From assembly GCA_043743165.1 (NCBI GenBank), contig JAYTXA010000055.1:11123-75122 (forward strand): a stretch of DNA of 64,000 nucleotides. The letters are read 5' to 3'. Under the pieces are notes generated by a model. That model ran no database searches. It was not told where the DNA came from and was given only the letters and a program-made list of their open reading frames with translations. The position numbers and the translations under genes are program-made. This stretch comes from Acidobacteriota bacterium. GTDB taxonomy: Bacteria; Acidobacteriota; Vicinamibacteria; Vicinamibacterales; CAVVIG01. This document shows, piece by piece, positions 19,116 through 28,928 of this stretch (positions within the stretch are counted from its first letter, which is position 1; every line of letters begins with the position of its first letter).

Positions 19116-19682
19116 TCATCGCTCGCAGTCGACCCGGGTACGCTCGAGACGTGCCATCAACTCCGGCTCGTCCTTCAACTCCGCCAGCGGTGCAAGCTGC
19201 GTGCGGACATACGCCCAATCCAGCACACCAGGCTGCCGGATAATGACGCCCTCGATATCCATCCAGTCCTTCGGACGGCCGGCGAACGCCTTGAGCACAA
19301 TCAGGTCCTCCGCCGAGCAGGTGCGAAGGGGTAGGTCGCCCGGATAGGTGAACACCGTCGAACGCTCGACGGCGCGCTCCTCGAACGGCAGGCCTCCGAG
19401 CGCGATATCGAGTCCAACGCCGGACGCGGTGCGCAACAACAGCACGCGGTTCACCAGCGCGAATGCCGCCGCATCGTCGATACGCGGCTCGAAGGCCGCC
19501 GCGAGGACCGTCACGAAGTCGGCTTCCTGACCGAAGCCTGTGATCAGGGTGAGATCGACGTCGACCGTTTCGCGCGGGTCGCCCCACCGCAGCACAGCAA
19601 GCCCGCCGATGAAGCAGAAGCGCCAGCGATGCGCGTCGCAGACCGCCTGCAGATCCGCCGCGGCACGAATCAGCGCGTTCAC
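19116..19682 (-). CDS. AbiEii/MenT-like nucleotidyltransferase
   Basis: FIGGLAVLRWGDPRETVDVD; SAEDLIVLKAFAGRPKDWMD. Confidence 0.85.
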   Translation of the reverse strand: MNALIRAAADLQAVCDAHRWRFCFIGGLAVLRWGDPRETVDVDLTLITGFGQEADFVTVLAAAFEPRIDDAAAFALVNRVLLLRTASGVGLDIALGGLPFEERAVERSTVFTYPGDLPLRTCSAEDLIVLKAFAGRPKDWMDIEGVIIRQPGVLDWAYVRTQLAPLAELKDEPELMARLERTRVDCER

Positions 19683-19936
19683 GCGCGGCGTAACCGCGAA
19701 AACAGCCGCTGCTGCTCGATCAGGCCGGACGTCGGCCTGGGTGCACGCGGTGGTTGGTGGTAGTCGGCTGGACCGCACAGCCGGGCGATCGCGGCGAAGG
19801 TGTCGAGTTCGCGCAACTCGCGTCGGCGAATGGCTTCGAGACGCGGCGCCGCATGACGCCAGCGCTCCACCATGGCGCGCCCCTCGGCTACCTGTTCCGG
19901 CGTCCAGTCGGCGAGTGGCGAGCGGGGCGGCTCCAT
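19679..19936 (-). CDS. Small partner protein, putative antitoxin
   Basis: GTGA overlap with the NTase; TAGAAT 6 nt before ATG; TSGLIEQQRLF motif. Confidence 0.75.
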   Translation of the reverse strand: MEPPRSPLADWTPEQVAEGRAMVERWRHAAPRLEAIRRRELRELDTFAAIARLCGPADYHQPPRAPRPTSGLIEQQRLFSRLRRA

Positions 19937-19980
19937 GCGTCGATTCTACCCATGTGACCGGGTCTATTGGAACTCCTGAG

Positions 19981-20020
19981 CCAGCCTCCGCCGACTACGG
20001 CATGTCCCGACGGCAGCTAC
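19981..20020. repeat. Degenerate copy of the composite REP
   Basis: CCAGCCTCCGCC..CTACGGC...CGGCAGCTAC; supplies the TAG stop of the HAD gene. Confidence 0.5.
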
Positions 20021-20583
20021 GTCGTACTCAATCGCAGCGGCGACTCGTCGAGCCGGGCGAGCAGGTCCGACGGTCCGTCGTAGATCGCGATCGCACCCTT
20101 CAGATCGGCGTCCGCCCACCCGCCGCAGCGGAACGCGATGATGTCCGGATCCGGCTTCGAATGCCTGGCATCGTCACTCGACGTTGTCTCGTCCATCAGG
20201 TGCTCGGCCTCCGCCACCTGCAGCAGCGGCTTCAACTCGTCCCGCTTGGCTGAACTCGCGGCGACAACCGTGAAGCCCTGCTCCTTGAGGACGGCGACGA
20301 GTCGGCCGGCATCCGGAAAGGGCTTCAGCGTCGGCAGGAACTGGTTGGCGAAGATGCGGGACCGCCGCGCCGAGATGGCGGCCCCGAGTTCCGATTCCAG
20401 TTCCACGCCGGTGAGTGCCGGCAGCAGCTTGTCGCCACCCATGCCGATGCAACGCCGCACCGCCGCGAAGCCGACGCTGATGCCGTGCTCGGCCAACGCC
20501 GCCACCCATGCGTTGGCGTGCGCGTCGTTGCTGTCCACGAGTGTCCCGTCGACATCGAACAATACTGCGGTGGGTATGGACAT
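20017..20583 (-). pseudogene. HAD hydrolase with an in-frame deletion of motif IV
   Basis: FDVDGT and SKPDPD present, joined directly to IAFRCGG; GDxxxD absent. Confidence 0.7.
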
Positions 20584-20610
20584 GCGCGTATGCGTCTTCA
20601 GTGCCACCTA

Positions 20611-21441
20611 TCAGGCCCGCGCCAGGCCTCCACGCCCGTGAAACGTCCCCACCAGCGCGTCGCGCACCATCGCTTTCACCTCGTCCGAAAAGTCCTTGCG
20701 CAGGATCCACTCGAGGAAGCCGCGATCGGCGGCGGCCAGATCCTGCAGCGAGCGTCCCGCCTGCGCGCCAAAGCCGATGCAGGCCACGCCGTCCACCCAT
20801 ACCAGCTTGCCGTCGGCATCGATACGGTTCGGGTTGCTCGGCACCAGCCACTCGTAGATGGCGTTCACGGTGTTGGGAAGGTCGCTGTACCCCTTCACCT
20901 GTGCGGTGAGCACGGCGAGTGCGGCCTCGACGTCACTGGCGGCTTCGTGGGCGCGACGGTCGGTCACCTGCTCCTCGACGCCGTAGAACCGCAGTGCCGC
21001 ATCGAGGCTGCGCGGTTCGCGCCGCGCGAAGATGAGATACGCGTCGACCGTGCAGGCGCCGACGGTGGGATCGGGCAGATTGATGCGACGGAACTCGGCG
21101 CCCAGCAACCGACGGTCGAACCGCTCGACGTTGTAGCCGGCAAGGTCGCTGCCCAGCAGCAGCGCCATGAGGGTGGGCGCCACCTGCGCAAAGGTCGGCG
21201 CCGACGCCACCATCGCGTCGGTGATGCCGTGCACCGCGGTGGTCTCGGCCGGAATGGACATCTCGGGGTTGACGAGCGTCTGCCAGGTGGTGACCGCGCC
21301 GTTCGGCAGGACGGTGGCCGTGGCGATCTGCACGATGCGGTCGCGGCCCAGCATGACGCCGGTCGCTTCGAGGTCGATACAGACGAGCGGGCGCGTGAGG
21401 ACGAGATGCGACGCCAGTTCCTGCGCCACGCGTTCGATCAT
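20611..21441 (-). CDS. DEDDh 3'-5' exonuclease (DnaQ-like)
   Basis: DLEATG, VHGITD, GYNVERFD, AHEAASDV. Confidence 0.9.
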   Translation of the reverse strand: MIERVAQELASHLVLTRPLVCIDLEATGVMLGRDRIVQIATATVLPNGAVTTWQTLVNPEMSIPAETTAVHGITDAMVASAPTFAQVAPTLMALLLGSDLAGYNVERFDRRLLGAEFRRINLPDPTVGACTVDAYLIFARREPRSLDAALRFYGVEEQVTDRRAHEAASDVEAALAVLTAQVKGYSDLPNTVNAIYEWLVPSNPNRIDADGKLVWVDGVACIGFGAQAGRSLQDLAAADRGFLEWILRKDFSDEVKAMVRDALVGTFHGRGGLARA

Positions 21442-21697
21442 GAGGATGGGCTCGCGCAGTTCGCGCCGACACCAATAGCCTCGAGTCGTGGCCCCGCGTT
21501 GCACCAGCGCTCTACCCAGGCGCGTCCCTGGGCCACCTGTTCGGGCGTCCAATCGTCGAGCGGCGAGCGGGCGGATTCCATGTCGGAATCTTACCTCTGG
21601 ACAGCGCTGTTCCCTCTGGCCACAGCGTGTCACGCTAGCGCTAATATTCAGGCTCTTGACGTTACATATCGCTGTAGCAAGCCAACTGCTGCTCCCC

Positions 21698-22528
21698 ATG
21701 CCTGAACTTCCCGAAGTTGAACGCGAACGCCGCCGCCTGGCACCAGCCCTGACCGGCGCGCGTTTCGTGCGCATCCGCCTCAATCGCCCCGACCTGCGCG
21801 TCCCGTTCTCCGACCGCTTCGCCGAACGCCTGCGCGGCCGCACCGTGACCGCGCTCACGCGTCGCGGCAAGTACCTGCTTGCCACTCTCGACTCGGGCGA
21901 GACACTGGTGATGCACCTCGGGATGTCGGGATCGTTCCGCATCGAGCCGACCAGCACGCGCCGCGCCGCCGACGACGACCGCGATACGCGCCACGACCAC
22001 GTGGTGTTCGTGATGTCGTCCGGACAGACGGTGACCTTCAACGACCCGCGGCGCTTCGGGCTGATGCAGTTGCTGGCGGCCGGCGACGCCAGCACCAACG
22101 GCGCCGCCGCGCTCGGTCCGGAACCGCTGTCGCGCGCCTTCACCGCCAGCACCCTCGCGACGCGCGCCGCCGGACGTCGCACCCCGCTGAAATCGTTCCT
22201 CCTCGATCAGCACGTCGTTGCCGGCCTGGGCAACATCTACGTCAGCGAAGCGCTGCACCTGGCGAAGCTGTCGCCACTGCGCGCAGCCGGCACCCTTGCC
22301 ACCGACACGGGGCGGCGGCACGCCTCGGCGCGCACGCTCACCGCCGCCATCAAGGCGGTGCTGCGCACGGCGATCGGTTCACGCGGCACCAGTGCGTATC
22401 GCCAGGCACGCTTCCGTGTCTACGGCCATGAAGGCGAGCCGTGCGTAACGCCGCGCTGCACAGGCACGGTGCAGCGCATGGTCCAGGCGGGCCGCTCGAC
22501 GTTCTACTGTGAGGAATGTCAGCGCTAG
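21698..22528 (+). CDS. mutM: Formamidopyrimidine-DNA glycosylase
   Basis: MPELPEVE, RRGKYL, HLGMSG, GLGNIYVSE, C-terminal Zn finger (GRSTFYCEECQ). Confidence 0.96.
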   Translation: MPELPEVERERRRLAPALTGARFVRIRLNRPDLRVPFSDRFAERLRGRTVTALTRRGKYLLATLDSGETLVMHLGMSGSFRIEPTSTRRAADDDRDTRHDHVVFVMSSGQTVTFNDPRRFGLMQLLAAGDASTNGAAALGPEPLSRAFTASTLATRAAGRRTPLKSFLLDQHVVAGLGNIYVSEALHLAKLSPLRAAGTLATDTGRRHASARTLTAAIKAVLRTAIGSRGTSAYRQARFRVYGHEGEPCVTPRCTGTVQRMVQAGRSTFYCEECQR

Positions 22529-22734
22529 ATTGAATGGAAAGCGCGACGTGTGAAATGCGAAGTGCGAGGGAGACTCGGAACATGCGCGGCCGCAACCGCA
22601 CTGAGTCCTACGACTCCAGCCAAACACAGGTGAGCAGTCATTCGGCTTTTCATGCATCCCTCCAGTTGTCCGTCAACAGCGAGCACTGCACGCAAGGTGT
22701 CCTGTTGCCGTCAAGCTCTGTCACAATCACAGCA

Positions 22735-23520
22735 ATGCCTGACGCTGCCGCTGCCCCCTCGCCTCTCCAGACCCTCTTCAACGACCTCCTCGACCGTCGC
22801 CCGTTCGGCGACCCGTGGATGGCCGCCCTCTGGCAGGCGGCCGCCCGCACCAGGCCCGGCGCGGCATCGAAGCAACCGGCGGAGATCGGCAGTCTGCTCG
22901 CGGACGACGCGCCTGGCGAGCGCGAGGCACGACAAGGCAAAGTGTTCGATCGCGCCCTTGCTCCCTCGTCGGCGTTCCTGCGCTGGCTGATCGAACACCC
23001 GGAAGAGATGACGGTGGACGACCGCGAGACCTTCGGCGCCAAGAGCGACGACGTCCGGACGTGGCGCCGCCGGTTGTTCTCCGACGACGTGGACGAGATG
23101 AGCATGGCGAAGTCGGAGGGGCTGCGGCAGCTCTCGAGCCGACTCGCGCAACGCGGACGCAACAAGTGGTGGCTGTTCGAGGGCTTCGCGCGAGTGGACG
23201 CCTGCTTCGTCACCGATACCACGGTCCTGGTGGTGGAACAATGGCGCGACAGCCTGACGACCGCGTCGAGCCGCTGGTACCCGGAGCGTATCCAGTTGTG
23301 GCGCGACGTCGACGCCCTGCGTGAGTTCGCCGCCAGCCGGAAGTTCGGCGTCATCCTCGCGGTAGACGACGAGGCGCAAGGTGCAGCCGCGCTCGCGGCC
23401 GCCGCCGAGTCGATGTCGGTCAGCTTCCCGCACCTGGTGTTCGAGGAGCAGGACAAGCTGGAACGCCACCTGCTCGGGTTCGTCACGCTGTCCGCGCTGT
23501 CCGACGCCGCACATGCCTGA
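22735..23520 (+). CDS. Hypothetical protein, possibly a degenerate PD-(D/E)xK fold
   Basis: WWLFEGFARVDACFVTDTTVLVVEQW...RIQLWRD; overlaps the sigma gene start. Confidence 0.65.
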   Translation: MPDAAAAPSPLQTLFNDLLDRRPFGDPWMAALWQAAARTRPGAASKQPAEIGSLLADDAPGEREARQGKVFDRALAPSSAFLRWLIEHPEEMTVDDRETFGAKSDDVRTWRRRLFSDDVDEMSMAKSEGLRQLSSRLAQRGRNKWWLFEGFARVDACFVTDTTVLVVEQWRDSLTTASSRWYPERIQLWRDVDALREFAASRKFGVILAVDDEAQGAAALAAAAESMSVSFPHLVFEEQDKLERHLLGFVTLSALSDAAHA

Positions 23521-24103
23521 CTCGACGCCTCCCGCCGCGTCGCAGGTCACCCAGTTACTGCGCGAGTGGCAACAGGGCAACTCGTCGGCGGCCGGCGATC
23601 TGGCCACGCTCATCTACGGCGAACTGCGCCGGCTGGCGGCGCAGCGCCTGCGCGGCGAACGCAAGGAACACACACTGCAACCGACCGCGCTCGTCCATGA
23701 AGCCTGGCTGCGACTGGGCGACATGCGTGCCGACTGGCAGAACCGCGGCCACTTCCTGGCGATGGCCGCCGTGGCGATGCGTCGCATCCTTGTCGACCAC
23801 GCCCGGCAGCGCGACGCCGCGAAGCGCGGGCTGGGAGCGCAGCACGTTTCCTTCGACGATGCGCTGCACGACGTGCCGGGGCCGATGCCCGACCACCGCC
23901 TGCTGGCGCTCGACGCCGCACTCACCCGCCTCGACACACTCGACCGGCGCCAGGCGCAGGTGGTGGAGCTGCGCTACTTCGCCGGTCTCTCGATCGAGGA
24001 AACCGCCGACGCCATCGGCACCTCCACCGGCACGGTGAAGCGCGAGTGGGCCGCGGCGCGGGCCTGGCTCTACGACGCGATGGAAGGCCAGGCCGGTGTC
24101 TGA
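23513..24103 (+). CDS. ECF sigma factor, TIGR02999-like (kinase-associated)
   Basis: VTQLL, YGELRRLA, HTLQPTALVHEAWLRL, VELRYFAGLS, TVKREW. Confidence 0.92.
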   Translation: MPDSTPPAASQVTQLLREWQQGNSSAAGDLATLIYGELRRLAAQRLRGERKEHTLQPTALVHEAWLRLGDMRADWQNRGHFLAMAAVAMRRILVDHARQRDAAKRGLGAQHVSFDDALHDVPGPMPDHRLLALDAALTRLDTLDRRQAQVVELRYFAGLSIEETADAIGTSTGTVKREWAAARAWLYDAMEGQAGV

Positions 24104-26720
24104 CGCGCTCGACGCCGCCGCCTACGCCGACGTGAAGACGGCGCTGCTCGAGGCGCTCGATCTCCCGGCCACCCGCCTGACCGACTGGCTCGACGCGCTC
24201 GACCGCGAGCGGCCGGCCACTGCGCAGCGTGTGCGGCGCCTGCTCGACGCGCACCGCGACGCCGGCACGTTCCTCGCTGTGCCGGACGAAGGGCTGTTTC
24301 CACCCGAACCCGCTCCCGCCGTCGTCGTCCCGGGCCAGCGCATCGGCGCGTTCACGATCGAGCGCGAACTCGGGCACGGCGGCATGGGCACGGTGCTGCT
24401 CGGCACACGCACCGAAGGCGGATTCGTGCAGCGGGTGGCCATCAAGGTGCTGCGTGGCGCCGGCTTCGGGCCGCGCGCGGCAGAGCGGCTGAAGGACGAG
24501 CGCCGCATCGTGGCGGGGCTGAACCATCCGCTCATCGCCCACTTCGTCGACGGCGGTGCCACCGACGACGGCCAGCCGTATCTGGCGATGGAGTACGTGG
24601 AGGGTGTGCCCATCACGCGGTACGTCGAGGCAGAGCACCTCGGAGTGCGCGAGCGGGTGCAGCTCTTCATGCAGGTGTGCGCCGCCGTGCGCTTCGCGCA
24701 CACGCGCCTGGTGGTGCATCGCGACATCAAGCCCTCGAACATCCTCGTCACCGCCGACGGCACACCGAAGCTGCTCGACTTCGGCATTGCGAAGCTGCTC
24801 GATCCGCTCCAGGAACCGGACGCGCCAACCTTCGGCGTGCTGACGCCGCACTACGCCAGCCCAGAGCAGGCTTCCGGTGCACCGGTCACCACCGCCACCG
24901 ACGTCTACTCGCTGGGCGTGCTGCTCTACGAGCTGCTGACTGGCACCGGACCCTACCGCAGCGTGTCGCAGGACTCGCCACTTGGTGCCGTGCTCGATGC
25001 CATCCGGCACGAAGACCCGGAAGCGCCGGCAGTCGCCGCACGGCGGGTCGGGCGCGAGATCGGCGAGGACCTCGACGCCATCCTGCTGAAGGCGCTGCGC
25101 AAGGACGAGAACGACCGCTATGCCTCGGTCGATCACCTGCGCGACGACCTCTCGCGGGCGCTCGACGGACGCCCGGTGCTGGCGCACGACGGGTCGCGTG
25201 CTTACCGAATCCGCCGCTTCGTCGTGCGCAACCGGACCGCGGTGGCCGCCGCGAGCATCGCGCTGGTCAGCCTGCTGCTGGCGGCCGGCGTGTCCACCTG
25301 GCAGGCGCGGGTGGCCCGCCACGAACGTGCCCGTGCTGATGCCCGCTTCAACGACGTCCGCTCGCTCGCCAACGCTGTCGTCGGGCCGCTGTACGACGCC
25401 ATTGCGAAGGTGCCTGGCTCGACCGAAGCGAAGCAGATCCTGGTGAAGGAGGCGCTGGCGTATCTCGACCGGCTCGCCAGTCAGGATACCGGCGACCTGG
25501 CGCTGCAGACGGAACTGGCCGCGGCCTACCAGAAGATTGGCGACGTGCAGGGCAACATGTTCGACGCCAACCTTGGCGACGTGCCCGGCGCCAAAGCGAG
25601 CTACGCGCGGCTGCTGCAACTGCGCCAGACCGTGTTCGACGCGCGGCCGTCCGACCCGGCGGCGCGGCGCGAACTGGCACGAGCGCACGCCAGCATGGCG
25701 GACCTTGCTCTCGGCGAGACCCGCTTCGACGACGCGCTGGCGGGATACCGGCGTGGGCTCGCCGTGCTGGACGGACCGGCACCGCCCGACGACAGCGAGC
25801 CGACGCTGCTGCTGCGCGCCTCGGCACTGCAGCACCAGGGCGTGGCGCTGAACTGGAGCGGCAAGCACGATGACGCGGTGCTGAGCTTCGAGCAGGCGAT
25901 TGCGCTGGTCGAGGCGAAGGCCAAGGCGCCGTCCGCATCCGAGGCGGTGCGGCGATCGCTGATGGGTGGTCGCGGCAACCTTGGCGACGTCTTCTACTAC
26001 CGCGAGCAATATGCCGAGGCGCTCGTGCACTACAGGGCCGCACGTGAAGCGGCACTGCTGATTGCGGCGACGTCCACCGACGCGGCGACCGCGCAGCGCA
26101 ACGTCTACCTCACCACCGGCCGCGTTGCCGCGGCGCTGGTGGAAGTGGGCGACATGGACGAAGCGGCCATTCGCCGCGCCGAGGCGCTGGCGATTCAAAC
26201 GGAAGCGGCCGCGCGCGATCCGCGCAACATCGTGGTGCAGTTCGACCTGTCGAACGACCTCCAGTCGCTCGGGGTCATCCACTACACCACCGGCCACTAC
26301 GCCGAGGCGCGCGCCGCGCTGCTGCGCGCACGCGACATCGCGGACGCGGCGCTGAAAGTGAGCCCGGGCCAGCGCTCGCACCTCTACGACTACGCCGGCA
26401 TCCTCGCCTGGCTGGGCAAGACGGAGGTGACACTCGGCCGGCTGCAGAGCGGCGTCGACCTTCTCCGGCAGGCCGTGGCCATCACATCGGGCAAGGACGT
26501 CGACACGCGCAAGCCGGCGGACCGCCACGAATACCAGCAGGCACTCGGCGACGCCCTGGCGCAGGTGGCGGACCGTACCGGGTCGGCCGAGGCCAGGCGC
26601 GAGGCGCGCGAGGCGTGGCAGGCCGGTCTCGACGGCTTTCGCCGTCTGCAGGCAGCGGGCGAACTGCCGGCCTCCTATGTGTTCCGGATGACCCTGCTCG
26701 AACAATCGCTCAGCCACTGA
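24096..26720 (+). CDS. Membrane Ser/Thr protein kinase with TPR-like C-terminus
   Basis: LGHGGMG, VAIK, HRDIKPSN, DFG, TPHYASPEQ, DVYSLG; one TM segment. Confidence 0.93.
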   Translation: MSDALDAAAYADVKTALLEALDLPATRLTDWLDALDRERPATAQRVRRLLDAHRDAGTFLAVPDEGLFPPEPAPAVVVPGQRIGAFTIERELGHGGMGTVLLGTRTEGGFVQRVAIKVLRGAGFGPRAAERLKDERRIVAGLNHPLIAHFVDGGATDDGQPYLAMEYVEGVPITRYVEAEHLGVRERVQLFMQVCAAVRFAHTRLVVHRDIKPSNILVTADGTPKLLDFGIAKLLDPLQEPDAPTFGVLTPHYASPEQASGAPVTTATDVYSLGVLLYELLTGTGPYRSVSQDSPLGAVLDAIRHEDPEAPAVAARRVGREIGEDLDAILLKALRKDENDRYASVDHLRDDLSRALDGRPVLAHDGSRAYRIRRFVVRNRTAVAAASIALVSLLLAAGVSTWQARVARHERARADARFNDVRSLANAVVGPLYDAIAKVPGSTEAKQILVKEALAYLDRLASQDTGDLALQTELAAAYQKIGDVQGNMFDANLGDVPGAKASYARLLQLRQTVFDARPSDPAARRELARAHASMADLALGETRFDDALAGYRRGLAVLDGPAPPDDSEPTLLLRASALQHQGVALNWSGKHDDAVLSFEQAIALVEAKAKAPSASEAVRRSLMGGRGNLGDVFYYREQYAEALVHYRAAREAALLIAATSTDAATAQRNVYLTTGRVAAALVEVGDMDEAAIRRAEALAIQTEAAARDPRNIVVQFDLSNDLQSLGVIHYTTGHYAEARAALLRARDIADAALKVSPGQRSHLYDYAGILAWLGKTEVTLGRLQSGVDLLRQAVAITSGKDVDTRKPADRHEYQQALGDALAQVADRTGSAEARREAREAWQAGLDGFRRLQAAGELPASYVFRMTLLEQSLSH

Positions 26721-26809
26721 CGCGCCGCGCCCGCCGTCCTGTCGGCGGACGACACCAGCGACGCCCTGCGGTTCTGCCGCAAGCATGCCGGACCGGTGGA
26801 GGGTGGGAC

Positions 26810-27004
26810 CTAGTTCGGGTCGCGGCGCGGCGGGTTCGGCCGCAAGGGCAACTCGAAGAGGCCGGCTTCGTTGAACCACTTGCCGCAGCGCAGGCAGGCA
26901 CCTATCTTGGTCGGCACCGACCGGCCGTCGTCGAGGTGCTTCTGGATCGTCATCACGTCAACGGCGCCACCGCACACGTTGCACGATCGGGGTTCCTCGA
27001 GCAT
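26810..27004 (-). CDS. Small Zn-ribbon protein
   Basis: CNVC...CLRC; G-rich RBS; follows the LVIVD gene. Confidence 0.55.
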   Translation of the reverse strand: MLEEPRSCNVCGGAVDVMTIQKHLDDGRSVPTKIGACLRCGKWFNEAGLFELPLRPNPPRRDPN

Positions 27005-27035
27005 CGCCACCCCCAACCTCTGAACCTCCCGTCTC

Positions 27036-28928
27036 CTACCGCAGCGCTGCGGCTCGAGCCTTCAGCAGGGCGGCCAGCGCTCTCACGCGCGCCTTGTCCG
27101 CCGCAACGGCGGGCGAGTCGGAGTCGAGTTGCGACCCGAGCGCGTCGAGCTGCGACGCCGCTTCCGTTCCGCGCGCCGACTCTGGCGTCACGGTGTCGGC
27201 CCGGTCCAGCGCGGAACGAACCGCGTTGGCACGGGCTGCCGGCACGGCGTTCGACCGTGCGAGCTGGTCCAGATACGCACGCCCGACGACAGCGGTGGCG
27301 GGCCAGCTCGTTCGCGTCTGCTGCTGCGGGTTGAAGGTGTCCAGGTGCGCGAGCGTCGCCGCGGTGATCTCGTTCTGTGACAGGAACTCGCTCGGCTTCA
27401 GCTTGAGGATGTCGAGCCCGCGCGCAATCTCGCTGGCGTAGATCTGGCCGTTGAACCAGTACGCCGACCAGTAGCCGCCAAGGAACAGCTGCTTGGCGTC
27501 GAGCGGACCGCGGTCGAAGAACGCAATCTCCACCGGCTTCGCCGCATCGGTGAAGTCGAACACCGAGATGCCGCCCTGGTACCACGCCTGCACCATGATG
27601 TCGCGGCCAGGCACCGGGATTAGCGAGCCGTTGTGCGCGACGCAGTTCTCCTGGTCGCTCTGCACCGCGGGCATCTTGTAGTAGCCGGCGAACTTCAGCT
27701 TCCTGTCGACGATATCGAAGATGGCATCGGCGCCCCAGGTGATCGGGTCGATCGCGCGGCAGCGCGGGCGGGAGCCGCCACCCCACTCGTCAGTGAAAAT
27801 CACCTTCGAACCGTCGTTGTTGAACGTGGCCGAGTGCCAGTAGGCGAAGTTCGTGTCGAGCACCTGGTCGAGGCGCGACGGGTGTTCCGGGTCGGACACG
27901 TCGAGCAGGATGCCGTTGCCCGAGCAGGCGCCGGCGGCAATCCCGAGTTGCGGGAAGACGGTGATGTCGTGGCACTGGTTGGTCATGCTCGTCTTCTGCG
28001 TGCCCTCCCCGTGCGTGCCGCCCATCCACAGGCCGGCGATGCTGCCCGAGTTCGGGTCGGCGAAGATGCGCGGACGGTTCACGATCTTCGCGTCCTCCGG
28101 CCTGGCCAGCGGCACCTTGATGACGTCGATGCTGAACAGCGCCGTGTTCTGGTCGTCCTGCGGCTCCTTGTCCGAGCAGCCGGCGAGTTCGTCGCCCGAG
28201 CGCACCGGACCGGTGCCGGATCCGTAGACGTAGATGTTGGATGGATCCTTTGCGTCGGGCACCAGCGTGTGCGTGTGCGAGCCGCGGCAGCTCTGGACGG
28301 CCGCCACCTGGCGCGGCTTCCTGATGTCGGTGATGTCGAAGATGCGGACGCCGCGGAAGCGCTCGTTCGACACGGCGCTCTCGTGCCCCTGCGAGCCGCA
28401 ATCGAGCCGGCCGCGCACCTGCTCGACCGACATGAACAGCAGGTTCTTGTAGACCGACACGTCGCCCTGGCCGCCGGGGCAGACGACCGAGGCGATCACC
28501 TTCGGGTCTTTCGACTCCTCGATGTCGTAGACGTTGAAGCCATGGTAGTTACCCATGAACATGCGATGACCGTCGAACGCCAGGTCGGTATTGTTGAAGT
28601 CGAGACGGTTGGCCGTCTTCGGATCGTAGACGGGCTGGGCCGGAGCCTCGGCCAGCTGACCGGCAGCCGCAGGCGTTTCGGACCTCTCGGGTTGGATGAC
28701 GTTGCCGAGCGGTGTCTCCGGATTGAAGAACCCGGCCGGTTTGCCCAGCGACGACACCAGTTCCAGGTTGCGAATTGCCTGTCCGGCGTCGCGGACGCCG
28801 GCCTTCAGCCCGACGCGCGGATCCGCCTTTCCGGTTGTCGCGCGCCGGTCCTGTGCACCCATCACCACGAGTCCGCACGACAGCAGCGCCGCCGCAGTCA
28901 GCCCGTACTTCAGTCCGTTGACGCTCAT
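27036..28928 (-). CDS. LVIVD-repeat secreted protein
   Basis: CPGGQGDVSV, CRGSHTH, QCHDI, FTDEWGGG, ENCVAHNGS; paired with DUF305. Confidence 0.85.
   Translation of the reverse strand: MSVNGLKYGLTAAALLSCGLVVMGAQDRRATTGKADPRVGLKAGVRDAGQAIRNLELVSSLGKPAGFFNPETPLGNVIQPERSETPAAAGQLAEAPAQPVYDPKTANRLDFNNTDLAFDGHRMFMGNYHGFNVYDIEESKDPKVIASVVCPGGQGDVSVYKNLLFMSVEQVRGRLDCGSQGHESAVSNERFRGVRIFDITDIRKPRQVAAVQSCRGSHTHTLVPDAKDPSNIYVYGSGTGPVRSGDELAGCSDKEPQDDQNTALFSIDVIKVPLARPEDAKIVNRPRIFADPNSGSIAGLWMGGTHGEGTQKTSMTNQCHDITVFPQLGIAAGACSGNGILLDVSDPEHPSRLDQVLDTNFAYWHSATFNNDGSKVIFTDEWGGGSRPRCRAIDPITWGADAIFDIVDRKLKFAGYYKMPAVQSDQENCVAHNGSLIPVPGRDIMVQAWYQGGISVFDFTDAAKPVEIAFFDRGPLDAKQLFLGGYWSAYWFNGQIYASEIARGLDILKLKPSEFLSQNEITAATLAHLDTFNPQQQTRTSWPATAVVGRAYLDQLARSNAVPAARANAVRSALDRADTVTPESARGTEAASQLDALGSQLDSDSPAVAADKARVRALAALLKARAAALR

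Noticed and set aside
21656..21680. Sigma70 promoter TTGACG...TAGCAA or SOS box before mutM
   Set aside because: The spacer is only 13 nt, and no LexA-type motif could be supported.
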